Positions 48,640 to 62,300 of a stretch of 64,000 nucleotides of DNA are shown piece after piece. Source of the stretch: the human T2T-CHM13v2.0 reference genome, Homo sapiens; assembly GCF_009914755.1 (NCBI RefSeq), contig NC_060932.1. One strand, given 5' to 3'. Numbering within the stretch: position 1 is the stretch's first letter; each line of letters opens with the position of its first letter. The notes beneath the pieces were generated by a model, which saw nothing but the letters and a program-made list of their open reading frames with translations, did not search any database and was not told the origin of the DNA. Both the position numbers and the translations under genes were made by a program.

Positions 48640-49034
48640 AAGTATTCTAATGGTACATTTAGAGGTGGAAGATTTTGTCTTTTCCTTTCATAGCACTTAG
48701 TATTTATTACTGTAGTATATATTGTATCTCCTGTACTGTCAGGGAACTTTCTGGTATTAGAAATCCCTGTCTGAATTCATTTGTGCCCAGCAGTTACATC
48801 AAATAGGGACTAAATATAGATGACCATATATGTTCTTCCCTTGTGTATACTCTTTAAGCAGGACTAGCAACATTCCCACTTAGTAATATAGCAGTATTCT
48901 TTAGTAATACTAACAACCTATCTTTCCTTAGTAATCATAAACATTAGTTTTAAGTTTTTCAGTACTTAAAAGTAATAGTATTTTATAATTGAAGTTTACT
49001 GTCTTTAAAAATTATTTGGTTTATCTTTGAATAG

Positions 49035-49232
49035 GATTCACTGGCAAAATTTGCTGGCAGAAAACTGAAAGACTGTGGAGAAGATCTTCTTGTAGAGATA
49101 TCTGAAGTGTTGTTCAATGAATTGGCTTTCTTTAAGCTTATGCAAGATTTGGATAATAATAGTATAACTGTTAAACAGAGATGCAAAAGGAAAATAGAAG
49201 CAACTGGAGTGATACAATCTTGTGCCAAAGAG
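49035..49232 (+). CDS. PCM1: PCM1 coding exon (~31), DSLAKFAG...SCAKE, 198 nt
   Basis: gaatag acceptor; GAG|gtaaat donor. Confidence 0.95.
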
Positions 49233-50096
49233 GTAAATAACGTTCATTTTGATTTTTAGGATAATTGACACATAAATACAGTTCTTGATCATTATTATTA
49301 ACTGAAATCACATTTTACCTCAGCAAAAGTAGTTGTTTTTAGTAATACCAGTTAATCACATTATAAGTCATTACATATGCTAGTCACTTGTGGAATTTGA
49401 GGACTAACAGCAGTTGCTAAAGATCAGGAATGCGGGCAGGAATTGATGTTAAATGTACATTGTCAGATAACCAGTTCACATTATTGTCCTGTATTCAGGT
49501 CTTGAAAGATGAGAGAAGGACTGGGATCTGATCCTGGGCCAGTGCCAGGTGCCTGCCATGTCTGTTATTGATCCCTGTAGATTCTTCGAGAATATGCATT
49601 ACCCAGAGGTCACTCCCAGTCAACACAAATGCTTATTAGTTAGGGCTTTGGTTTTACCTCCCTGTAGTTTGTTCTGCCTTGTCAAATTAATTTTGATCAC
49701 AGGTGAGATTGGATGACTGTTCTGCCTCAAGTTGAGGCATACCAGGAAGCCTTTTCCCTAGATGTGTACCCTTTTCCTGACCCTCTTTTATGAGAAGGAA
49801 ACAAGCCAAGACCCAAACAGAGATGGCTCTTCTTTCTTAGAATCTAAAGTAGACGAAGTCAGGCTGTCCATTTCACACTTTTCATGATATTTATTTTCTG
49901 GATATAAATAAATTTCAGACGTTGCTAAGAGCTTGATGAAAATAAAACAGCATGATACTATAATAAATGATTAGAAAGTAATACAGGCCAGGCTTAGGTC
50001 TATAATCCCAGTACTTTGGGAGGCTGAGACATGAGAAATGCTAAATTATGTATCTAAGTATGTTGCTAAATTCTGTGTAATTGATTTGTTTTAAAG

Positions 50097-50156
50097 GCTA
50101 AAAGGATTCTTGAAGATCATGGCTCACCTGCTGGAGAGATTGATGATGAAGACAAA
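50097..50156 (+). CDS. PCM1: PCM1 coding exon (~32), AKRILEDH...DDEDK, 60 nt
   Basis: ttttaaag acceptor; AAA|gtatgt donor; phase 0-0. Confidence 0.92.
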
Positions 50157-50188
50157 GTATGTGCTAATTAATTTTTGCCTAAAAATAT

Positions 50189-50473
50189 GGCTGGGCGCGG
50201 TGGCTCACCCCCGTAATCGCAGCCCTTTGGGAGGCCAAGGCGGGTGGATCACGAGGTCAAGATTTCCAGACCAGCCTGGCCAACATGGTGAAACCCCGTC
50301 CATACTAAAAATACAAAAATTAGCCAGGCGTGTGCCTATAGTCCCAGCTATTCAGGAGGCTGAGACAGGAGAATTGCTAGAACCTGGGAGGCAGAGGTGG
50401 TATTGAGCCGAGATCATGCCACTGCATTCCAGCCTGGGCAACAGAGCTAGACTGTGCCTCAAAAAAATAAAAA
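50189..50473 (+). mobile_element. AluS 33 nt downstream of exon 32
   Basis: Alu consensus with A tail; TSD-like gccta(a/c)aaata. Confidence 0.9.
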
Positions 50474-50724
50474 GCCTACAAATAATGCTTTTGAAACAAT
50501 ATAAAATTATTTTAACAGCTTTCACCTTAATGTTTGAAAGCAGACTGTATCATCAAATGACCTTTTTCCTGACACTTTTTTATTTTAAAAATAAAACTAG
50601 ACTATCAAAAATGGTTCTTTGTATTTTTTATTAGATAATGATCATTATTAATACGATAGACTTACTATATACCTTTTACACATGTACTTTAAGGAATTAA
50701 TTACTCAAATATTTTTGTGTCTAG

Positions 50725-50854
50725 GACAAGGATGAAACTGAAACAGTTAAGCAGACTCAAACATCTGAGGTGTATGATGGTCCCAAAAATGTAAGATCTG
50801 ATATTTCTGATCAAGAGGAAGATGAAGAAAGTGAAGGATGTCCAGTGTCTATTA
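50725..50854 (+). CDS. PCM1: PCM1 coding exon (~33), DKDETETV...CPVSI, 130 nt
   Basis: gtctag acceptor; TTA|gtaagt donor. Confidence 0.94.
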
Positions 50855-51154
50855 GTAAGTTTAAAGGCTCTGTACTATCTTTATACTTTAGTTTTTTGTA
50901 GGTCATTTATTGGAACAGTTTGGTGGAGTGTAACAAGTATAAAATTAAGTGTCAAAGAACTCTGATTTTGAATTTCACTGTGACCCTGACTAAATTATCT
51001 AGACTTTCTGCACTGTAAGTTTTTAATACATTCTGTTTGAGGATTTCAGATACTGTATATAAAGCATCTGTGCCATGCAGGAATGCAGTAAGTGGTAGCT
51101 ATTGTTAAGATTATGTGCTGAAATTTACTAAAAATTGTGTATTAATCAACTTAG

Positions 51155-51315
51155 ATTTGTCTAAAGCTGAAACTCAGGCTTTAACTAATTATGGAAGTGG
51201 AGAAGATGAAAATGAGGATGAAGAAATGGAAGAATTTGAAGAAGGCCCTGTGGATGTCCAGACTTCCCTCCAGGCTAACACTGAAGCTACTGAAGAAAAT
51301 GAACATGATGAACAG
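51155..51315 (+). CDS. PCM1: PCM1 coding exon (~34), NLSKAETQ...EHDEQ, acidic, 161 nt
   Basis: ORF 51115..51330; cttag acceptor; CAG|gtattc donor. Confidence 0.95.
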
Positions 51316-51337
51316 GTATTCCCGTATTGACTGACAC

Positions 51338-51397
51338 ACTTCCATCAGCCTTATTTTAACTAATCAAACTTCCATCAGCCTTATTTTAACTAATCAA
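51338..51397. repeat. 30-bp perfect tandem duplication
   Basis: acttccatcagccttattttaactaatcaa x2. Confidence 0.95.
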
Positions 51398-51474
51398 AGT
51401 AGATCCTTCTAAATATTCAGGTTTCATGAATGCAAGCCTCATTAATATGCTTATTAAAATCTGAAAAACCAGTT

Positions 51475-51647
51475 TATTTTTTATGATTGTTTTTTAGAGA
51501 CAGGGTCTTGCTCAGTCTTCTGGGCTGGAGTGCAGTGGTGTAATTGTAGCTCATTGCTCATAGCCTCAAACTCCTGAGCTCAAGCGATCCTCCCACCTCA
51601 GCCTCCCAAAGTTCTGGGATTACAGACATGAGCCACCACACCCATCC
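51475..51647 (-). mobile_element. Alu monomer (FRAM/FLAM-like)
   Basis: Single-arm reverse Alu. Confidence 0.8.
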
Positions 51648-51719
51648 AATAATTTATACGTTTTAAATTATACACTGTTTTTAGTGGTGTGATTAAATTT
51701 CACACCGGCCCTCTCCTTC

Positions 51720-52030
51720 CTATTTGGGTTGTGAATCATTCCATTGTCCGGCATGTCTACACTGTATACACTACCTGCTTGTTAATCACTTAATAGCCAT
51801 CTAGGGTAGCAGATAGACTTGCAGTATAACAGTGTTCAAACAACCCTTATTTGACTTAATGGCCCCAAAGCACAAGAGAATTAATTATTCTATTATTAGT
51901 TATTGTTAATCTCTCACTGTGCTCCATTTATAAATTAAACTTTATCATAGATAAGTGTGTAGGGGAAAAACAGTATAAATGGGGTTTGGTGCTATCCACA
52001 GTTTTGGAACATACACTCTATGGATGAGGC
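51720..52030. mobile_element. MER44 (TcMar-Tigger) fragment
   Basis: acccttatttgacttaatggccccaaagcacaagag; atttataaattaaactttatcatag. Confidence 0.75.
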
Positions 52031-52759
52031 GGTGCTTTTTTATATGTTATTTTCCTCCCTGGTCTAGATCTTTTCTTCTGGAGTTGGATATTTTACTGTG
52101 ATGTGCCTTGTTGGGGTCTTTTTTCATTATTTGCAGTGGATACTCAGTGATTGTTTTCAAGTTGGTAAATTTTTAAATTCTCTTTATTACTGCCACACCA
52201 TTTTCTCTTTTCTCTCCTTCTGTAATTATCAGATATTATTAGTACTCATGGATTGATCTTCTGATTTTCTCCTCTTTTCCTTATCTTTTGGTTTTACTTT
52301 GAGAGATTTTCTTTGACTTTAACACTTGTATGAAATTATTTTTATTTCAGCTGTCATATTTTTAACTTCTGAACACTTTCTTTTTTTCTGATTGTTACTT
52401 TTTAATAGTGCCCTGTTATTTCACAGAAGCATTACCTTCCGTTTTCAAATGTCTGCTGAACCTTGGTTCTTTATATTGAACAGTGATATATCAAAAAGCA
52501 AGTTAAGGTTCTTTTGGGCTTCACTGCAGGTAGGGCATTTGGGGAGACAGCCAGCATATTCCTACAAACTTCTAAATGTTAGTATCTATTGGTCTTTTCT
52601 TTGAGATGGTTTAGATTCTTCAAATTAGGGTCCTTCACTGTCGTCCTGCCTGGAGTGTATGAGCTTGGCTGCTGATATTCTGAAGCTAGATTGGGAATGG
52701 GGCTGAGGTCCCACCGTTATACAGGCATGCACTAGATTATTCTGTTTTCAGTATTCTAT

Positions 52760-52836
52760 TTAGGTTGGTGCAAAAGTAATTGTGGTTTTGGTCATTTTCA
52801 ATAGCAAAACCCACAATTACTTCTACACCAGTCTGA
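52760..52836. mobile_element. MADE1 mariner-derived MITE
   Basis: ttaggttggtgcaaaagtaattg...caattacttctacaccagtctga, ~80-bp palindrome, TA flanks. Confidence 0.9.
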
Positions 52837-53451
52837 TACTTTACTGTGTCATTTGTGTCTCCACCTCTACTCCCAGTGGCCCCAGGTTTGGGGCTCACTA
52901 GTTTAATTTCTCTAAAATATAATCTGCCATTTTCTGTTGAGGTGGGAGGAGAGAACCTACGTAGGCACATTTTCCTTAAACAGTTTTAAACAACTACCAC
53001 CACCGTTTCATCTCCAGCTCCTGCCCCAACATCATCATGTCTTCCTTTCTAGATCTGTTACTTACAGTTATGAGGTGAATCTCAGTTTTTGTTTCCTCTC
53101 CCTGCTGAAGGCATTTAGCTTTGTTCATCTTCCTCTCGTCACTTCCTCCTTCATTCCCTTCTTGTCTGCATTAAGTGTCTTTTAGAGTCTGAAAAAAAAT
53201 GAACAGTGCAGTCTGTTCGTTCCAGTTGTATTATACTGTGTGTGTGTGTTTTTAAGGCAACAAGGAAACCCTTTAACTTAGCCATCTTGAAATCACAACC
53301 AAAGCCGCCTCCTTGAAATAGTTTTAGAAGATACTTTTAAATTTCTTTGTATGAAGGTCTTGGGTTGGACAAAAACTACACACTAGTAATCATCTCTTTT
53401 ATAGTGACCATATATTTCAGGCCCTGCTATTAAAACATTTTTCCCTTCTAG

Positions 53452-53524
53452 GTCCTACAACGTGACTTTAAAAAGACAGCAGAAAGCAAAAATGTCCCAT
53501 TGGAACGAGAAGCCACTAGTAAAA
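53452..53524 (+). CDS. PCM1: PCM1 coding exon (~35), VLQRDFK...EATSK, 73 nt
   Basis: ttcccttctag acceptor; AAA|gtaaga donor. Confidence 0.93.
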
Positions 53525-54071
53525 GTAAGAAATCTAAATAAGTCTTTGATTTTAAGATAATTTCCTTTATTTGCTTTAAAGCTAAAAAAAAAAAAAAAAC
53601 ACACACAGAAAACACTAAAATTCTTAGTTTGAAAGTACTTTGGACCTGATGTATGTTTTTCTTCTCCCTATAAATCCTTTGTAGAAAACATAAGAATTTG
53701 TTTCTATAAACAATAAAGAAAAGGTGACAAATATTTACCTGCACAGACAAAAATTCTGTCAAGAGCATCGCATCTTTAGATACAAATAATGGTAGATTTA
53801 AAAAAAAAATCTATTTGTAGGCCTTATTACTGAAAGTCCTAATTTTTTAGAAATCAGGTGGATTTCAGGAATCTGAGTCTTAAAATGCTCCCAGGTGATT
53901 TTGATCAACTAAATTTGGGAACCATTGATAAGGAAAATTTGTAGTTGCCTTTTCTTTTTGGTCTTAAATATCTTGATTGCTCTTATTCAGGCGTATTGTC
54001 TTTATTAGTATAATAGTAAAATTTAACATTTTTTGCATTACACTAATGTTAAGACTTTCTTTTGATGACAG

Positions 54072-54328
54072 ATGACCAAAATAACTGTCCTGTGAAACCC
54101 TGTTACCTCAATATCTTGGAAGATGAGCAACCTTTAAATAGTGCTGCCCATAAGGAGTCACCTCCTACTGTTGATTCAACTCAACAGCCTAACCCTTTGC
54201 CGTTACGTTTACCTGAAATGGAACCCTTAGTGCCTAGAGTCAAAGAAGTTAAATCTGCTCAGGAAACTCCTGAAAGCTCTCTGGCTGGAAGTCCTGATAC
54301 TGAATCTCCAGTGTTAGTGAATGACTAT
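54072..54328 (+). CDS. PCM1: PCM1 coding exon (~36), NDQNNCP...LVNDY, 257 nt
   Basis: ORF 54062..54415; gacag acceptor; TAT|gtatgt donor. Confidence 0.95.
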
Positions 54329-54781
54329 GTATGTATCATTTACATTTCCAAATATTTTTACTTTTCATTTCTGTGCATATTTCTTCATTTTCAGATTAGC
54401 ATTCTCCACATGTAAACCATTTTGTGTTTAGGTTTAGAACATGTTGGAACATTTTTCTAATTCACACTTTAACTTTAGCAGAAGGGTAATAGTGAATTAA
54501 GATGACCATCTCAAAACCCACATGCTGTTTTATAATTTTGAGAACCAAAGGGATAAAAAGATTTCATCTTAAGTTCGGCTCTGAAGTGGTAATGATGCAT
54601 GAATCCTCCTTTATCCTTTATACTACCTATTCTTCTCAACTGTTTAGAATATATTGCAAATTTTCAATAAACTTAAAGGTTTACACTTGGGATAGGAAAT
54701 AAAACAGTTTGACAACAGAATCTTTATACAGTGAATGATAAAAAAAAAAAAAACTAGGAAATCTGTACTCATGATAGTACT

Positions 54782-55202
54782 TACTAAATGAAAATTCAAG
54801 TGAAGCCCAGGTCTGAAAAATACTTGAGCAGAGGAAAGCAAAAACCTTTAAAGTAATTAATCTTGCTTAAGCTGCAAACATAAATGAAACTTCACTTGGG
54901 TCATTTCTGATAAATGCTTCTGTTAGAACCAAAGCTTAACCCCAGCCTGTCATAAGTAGCCCCCTAACATATGGATATGTGACTAGGGACTTTCTGAGAA
55001 GGTACTTGATAAAAGACAATTTTGTAATTGCAAACCAAGCAAATAATTTATTTTACTTCCACATTTTCCAAATAAATACTTGCCTCTGATATTTTGTCAG
55101 TGGAACACTAAATCTCTTTTGGTCTGGTGTTCCCACTTCCTGAATTGCTTCTTACTCAAATAAACTGTAAAATTTTATTGTGTCTCAGATTTGTCTTTTA
55201 CA
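54782..55202 (+). promoter_or_regulatory. 5' LTR (MER101-like) with AATAAA at 55159-55164
   Basis: Aligns with the 3' LTR start (gcaaacataa.tgaaactt.acttgggtcatttc); ends in ...ttttaCA. Confidence 0.85.
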
Positions 55203-55205
55203 GTT

Positions 55206-55227
55206 TGGTGTCAGAGTAGGATTTGAA
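55206..55227 (+). other. Retroviral primer-binding site, tRNA-Leu-like
   Basis: TGGTGTCAGAGTAGGATTTGAA 3 nt after the LTR; resembles the complement of the tRNA-Leu 3' end (TGGTGTCAGAAGTGGGATTCGAA). Confidence 0.75.
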
Positions 55228-55371
55228 AGAGACCCCCTGTGGCCTCTGGAAGCATCGAGGAACCAGGCAAAAGGTGTCCATTGTGCTCACTGCTTTCTCG
55301 CTGCATCTGGAGGTCCTGGGTAAGTCCCTCTCGGATTTCAGGCTCCACAGTTTGTGTCCTGAGCTCTCTGA

Positions 55372-55675
<304 letters not shown>

Positions 55676-57059
55676 GGGTAATTTTATTTTTTACTGGATC
55701 CAGAGGTCGAACTAGATGTTTGACAGTAACTAGACTGGGTCCAGTTGGCAGCCTCAGGTAGGTGAGGTTTAGAAAGATAGGGTATTATGGGTTCATTAAC
55801 ACCTAAAGACTCTGGGACCCCTCTTTCTAGAACTCTAGCAAATTTTATGTTTAGAAATTAGGAACATGAAACTATGCCTTTAACTATGCCTTTCTGGAGA
55901 AATGGTTACACTTTACCAGAGAAGAGAAGAGTTAAAGTTACAGTGGAGAAGTTTTAATCTAGATAAAATTGTTTATGGGGACATTAGAAAAGAAGGGATC
56001 CTAAATGCCTTAGAAACAATGGGAAGCAGTTTTTGATTGTTGTATACAGGCTTCTAAAAGACATAATTCCAAAATTGCCTTGCTAAAAGATTCCTTGCTA
56101 AAGGCAAATAAGACAGATGAAAAGCTTAAGCAGTGAATTGACAACCAAAATAAAATGAATTGTATGTAGGGAGTGATTTCACTCTGACCTGTTACTCTGC
56201 TTATCCTCCTCTAATTATTCTGAGTCCACTAACCCATTTGTTCAGTCATCTTAATCCTTTTGCACAATTACCCTTTCACTCTGGACGATGTGACAGAAAG
56301 GAAGTTAGGCTAATGCTTTGCTTAGTTAGACCCTCAGCCAGGACACCGAGGTCTGGCTCCTGTAAGTACTTTTACTTCTGGGTCAAAAGCTGAACTCAGA
56401 GCCATAGCAAAAGATTTTCCAAATCCCAAGGAAAATCCAAAACAGTTTGCTGAGGAATGTAGATTTAGAATGACCCTGGGCTTCCTGATTTCTGTCAGTT
56501 TCTACGCATGATATTAGCCACTGGGGAAGCATGTTAATGGATGACTACGGCAGGATGGCATAAGCCTCAGAAGAGTATTGCCAACCCTTTAAGAGCTACT
56601 TCTGTGGATAGCCCAAAAGATGCTACAAAAACAACTGGAAAACATCTAGAAGCTATCCCCATGGTCTTTCCACAAAAGATTGACTAGTCCAAAAAGTTGA
56701 ATCTATTTCTGATTACACGGCTAAATTGGAAATCTCATTTGTTAAACATTCTGGTCTTAAAATACAGCAGGGAGTATTTCCTGCGGGAACTGAAATGGTT
56801 TTTATGGTTTTATTCATTAATAGTCTCTGACTAGAGTCTGGTGACTTGATTAAAAAACACAAGATTGGATGGCAAGTCACTGATATGGCTATATTAGTCA
56901 CCATAGCTGAACATTTTGAGAGAACATTAGAACTAGAAAAAAATCAGTTTCTGTAAAGAGGCCATTGAAGAAAAGAGTCTCCACGCTTGACCAGTCCTCT
57001 AATGGACCTACCTGTGTTGGGCCAGACTATTTCCTCATTAGATGAAGTTCCCAAGGCTG

Positions 57060-57352
<293 letters not shown>

Positions 57353-58035
57353 GTTCCCAAGGGTTTGACTCTGAAGACAATAATCAACACCAATGGGACA
57401 TCAAGGGATTCTCTGGTATGTTACTCTCCATAAGGCCCTTAAACAAACATGGGGAGGAAACTAAGATCAGCATCAGTGGGAGTCACGTACAGTGTTGGTG
57501 GATACCTTATCCACTTTCAACCCCATGCTAATAAATCAGCCAGTCCCTTGGAGGAAAGAAAATATTTCACGTTTCCAATCAAGTTCAGAGAATCCTCTGT
57601 GAACCAGTCTAAATGACAGTTGGACTAATCTCAGAAAAGCATGCCTTCCTACAATATGACACTAAATTGAGAGGGCACTTAAAGTTCTCTCTGGAAGGAA
57701 AGTTAATTTTAGAGCTTCCTGACCCTTCTAAACCTGAACTGCTCTGTTTCCTACAAGCAGGAATTGATCATATTGAAACTCACTCTTATACCAACCTAGA
57801 CCTTTCTGAAGTACCCAGATGTTTGTGGGCTTGTTTCTCAACTGACAAAGGGAAGATTAAAAGTGGTAAGCCTATAAAAATACAAATACATTATTCCAAG
57901 CCATTGCCTAAATTGCCCTCATGCCCCCTAGGGTCAGAGGCAATCCAAGGGCTTTACCCAGTTATAGAGGATTTAATAAAACAATTCCTTGTACTTGTCT
58001 CTATAATACTATAATCCTACAGTTAAGAAATCCAT

Positions 58036-58447
<412 letters not shown>

Positions 58448-58810
58448 TTAAACATACAATAAATTGTCAATCCAAGATTTCCTGCTATTCCAAATCCTAA
58501 CACTTTGTTATCTAATGTGCCTACAGATTCTAAATGGTTCACAGTGTAATCTTTCTTTCCTCTGCCTTTTTCAGTATTCCAGTAAGCCAGTAGTTCTCTG
58601 CTTATACCTGGAAGAACCAGCAATATACTTGGACTGTAGTGCCACAGGGGTTCGCTGAAGCTCTATCTTGTTTTTCTCAGACATTATACCAAGACCTGTC
58701 AACCTTACAATTCCATAGAAATTGTATTCTGTCTATATGTAGATAATCTTTCATACTTTTAGCTTACAATGGACATAAGGCCTCAATGGCAAAACTTTAG
58801 TTCTGTAGAG

Positions 58811-59324
58811 CGGCTGTCCTCAGCCTTTTTGGCACCAGGGACTGGTTTCATGGAAGACAATTTTTCCATGGACTGGGGTAAGGGGGATGGTTTCAGGATG
58901 ATTGAAATGCATTACATTTTTGTATATTTTATTTCTATTATTATTACGTTATATAATGAAATTGGTATACAACTCACCACAATGCAGAATCAGTGGGAGA
59001 CCTGAGCTTGTCTTCCTGAAACTAGATGGTCATATCTGGGGATGATGAGAGATAATGACACAGCATCAGGCATTAGAGTCTCATAAGGAGCACGCAACCT
59101 AGATCTCTGGCATGAGCAGTTCACAATAGGGTTCAAGCTCCTACAAGAATCTGTTGCCGCCAGTGATCTGACAGGAGGCAGAGCTCAGGTGAGAATGTGA
59201 GTGATGGGAGTAGGTTTAAATAAAGGTGAAGCTTGGCTCGCTGGCTCCCCCCACCACTCACCTCCTGCTATTTGGCCTGGTTCTTAACAGGCCCTGGACT
59301 GGTACTGGGGGTTGCAGATCCCTG
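58811..59324 (+). mobile_element. MER1A nested in ERV RT, perfect 8-bp TSD ctgtagag
   Basis: cctttttggcaccagggactggtttcatggaagacaatttttcc; TSD at 58803-58810 and 59325-59332. Confidence 0.92.
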
Positions 59325-62300
59325 CTGTAGAGTAAAGGTCCATTACATAGGATGTGATCTGACTGCAGAGAGAATTTTCCTCTTAACTGAAATAATAAAA
59401 ACAATCCAAGGGTTCCCTAGGCCCACAACTAAGGCAGTTAAGGGAGTTCATTGGTCTTATGGGATACTGCAGATCTTGAGTCCCACATTTCTCTGCTGGC
59501 TTCCCCCTTGCCTGAATTTAGAAAAATCTCTGTCCCAGAGCTTTGCCATGGGAAGATAATTAGGAACAAGCTTTCAATAAAATAAACCTGGCCTTATAAC
59601 CCCTTCAGGTTCAGGATACCCAAGTTATTTAAAACCTTTCACTTTGGGATTATCAAATATGATAATCCATCCTTAGGAGTCCTTACTCAGAAACGTGGAG
59701 GAAGCTACTGACCCATTGCTTATTATACGTTACAGTTAAATCGAGTTGTCAGAGCATATCCAAACCATCTAAAAGCAGTGACAGCAGCAGCTAAATTGAT
59801 AGGAACTTTATCTGACCTAGTATTAGGGAATAAATGTTACCTACAAGTTACACGTGCAGTTGAAAGCTCATTACCTTCCAGTCAGATCCAACATGTCTTA
59901 ATAAGTAGACTAACATTTTATGATATCCTTCTCCTGTCACCTTCTAATCTCTATCTCAGATGTCAGTCTGCTTAACCCTACCACTTTGCTGCCTCTGTCT
60001 GAACAATAGGAAGACCAAAACTGTGTGTGTGGTATCATAACTATTGACTCCTCACATTGACTTATGGAAAACTTCATTAAATAATTCTGAATAAATACAT
60101 TTTATTGATGGATCCTATGAAAAAACTGTAGAGAAGAAATACTGAGCAAGACATGCTGTAACAACTCAGTATGAACTAATAGAAAAGGGAATTCTTTCTC
60201 AGTTTAAGTCAGGACAACCCGAAGAATTACGTGATCTAAGACTTAACCATATAGCAAAATGCCAATCATTTTCCATTTATACAGATAATAGGTATGCCTT
60301 TGGAGTGAGTGATGATTTTGGAATGTTGTGGAAACAAAGGGTTTCTCACTTGTAGTGGAACCCCCATCAGTACTGGACCTCTGCCAGATGAGCTTCTTTC
60401 AGCTATTCTGCTGCCCTCACAAGTAGCTCTTAATAAAAATGATGCTCATGCTCGTAGGACTGAACCTGAGTATCAAGGAAATGCATGTGTGGACTTTTAT
60501 GGCCAAGTCTGAAATTGACAAAATATGCATTTTGAATGAACTCCACAGAATTGACCAAGATCAAATCACTCAGGATAATTTGTTCAGTAAACAATGCTGT
60601 GCACTTGAGTTGAAACAACAAAAATGGAATCTTAAAGGTTGCAAATTTCATGCTCAACAAGGACTCAGTGAAGGCCCAGACAGCCAGCTGGTCCTTCCTG
60701 AGTCCTTCAAACTGTCATTATTATTAAAGGCCCTGCACTCTACAAACCATCATGGTGAAGAAAAACGTTTCAGATTATGAAAAAGATTATGAAAGCAGAA
60801 ATGGCTTACAGCAGTGTGGCTTGTCAAACTCATAAAGCTGGAAAGACCCTTAAGATTTCTGCCACCTGCTAGACCATATGTAGGTCTGCAGATGGATTTC
60901 ATTCAGTTGCCACCCTCATTGAGGTATCAGTACATTCTTGCGGTAGTGTACCTGTTTGCAAGATAGATTGGGACTTACCCTTATAGAAAGGCTGATGCCA
61001 CAACAGTAGCAAAAAATTCTTAGGAAATGTATTTCCTTTATGGGGCTTTTCTGGAGAGATCTCCAGTAATAAGGGAACTCATTTTCCTGAACAGGTTATC
61101 AGATAAACAGGATTTTCAAACTCGGTGGCACTACCATTGGCCTTGTCATCCTCGGTCTTCTGGAAAGCTTGAATGGACAAATTGTATCTTGAAACTAAAA
61201 TTAGCTAAATTGTCAGCTGGATTACCTTGGCCAAAAATTTTACCACTAGCCCTAATGGCAATTACATCAACCCCTACAGAAAAACACAAATTTGACCCCT
61301 TATGAAATAACTGGAAGACCTATGCCTTTAATACCAGAACCCCATGTATCACCTGTATTTGTTAGCTCTGAAATGACTCAATACTCTAAGACCTTAATGG
61401 ATTATGCAAAAGTCTATTTCTACCAGCTGAAGGAGGCTTTTTGTGAACTGCCTACCAGTGATGATCTATGACTGGCTTCCATAACTTAGAACGTGGAGAT
61501 TGGATCTTTTGGAAACAACAGCAGAGAAAAATTGCCCTTGAGCCTCATTGGAAAGGACTGTAGCAGACAGCTCTTACTACTCACAATGCAGCAAAACTTC
61601 AGGGTTTTCAGCCTTGGGTCCATCTATCTCAAGTAGAGAGAGCTTCCTTAGACTCTTGGACTTGACAACCTATAGGTGACTTAAAGATATAAAAGGGAAA
61701 GCCTTTCCCTAGGAGCAGGTGGCATCGTGAAGTAAACAACTTACCACCACAATGAAACGACTACATTTAAAACTTTTCTCATTAAGTTTTGATTTGGTTT
61801 TGCATTAACACAAAATGTTCAAACTTTTGTTGGGAACTTTTCCTACTCAAACAGAATATCCTCTAAGGTCTGATGTTCAAAGAATAGCCACTCTCACTCA
61901 ACCAAAGCAATTGCTGGCCATGTAGTCATATAGATGAATGGAATCACAACTAATACCGAAATCTACTCCCACACACACTTGGGTGAGCAATTGGTTTTAT
62001 GAAAAGGTTTGGTATCCTTCCCCTAGCAGGTTGGTTGATATTTATGGTTGACTGACTTCGCACTGGGAAGAAGTTACAGAAGCAAAGGTATGTCCTGTAA
62101 CTACTATTGATTTTATTGCTGGTAATTTTATCACTATGGACAGAAAACCTTAATGGAACTGGGCCTAATCTAGCCAGGGTTCCAGTCTCCCTATATGCAG
62201 TCAGACTTTATGATTTAACACCAATTAGGGAGACTGCTCTCCTATATAATGACACATATTTAAAATCAGAACTTCACCATGATACCCTTGACTATATTAG

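Noticed and set aside
49723-49739. Palindrome tgcctcaa-g-ttgaggca
   Set aside because: 8-bp arms can arise by chance in 64 kb
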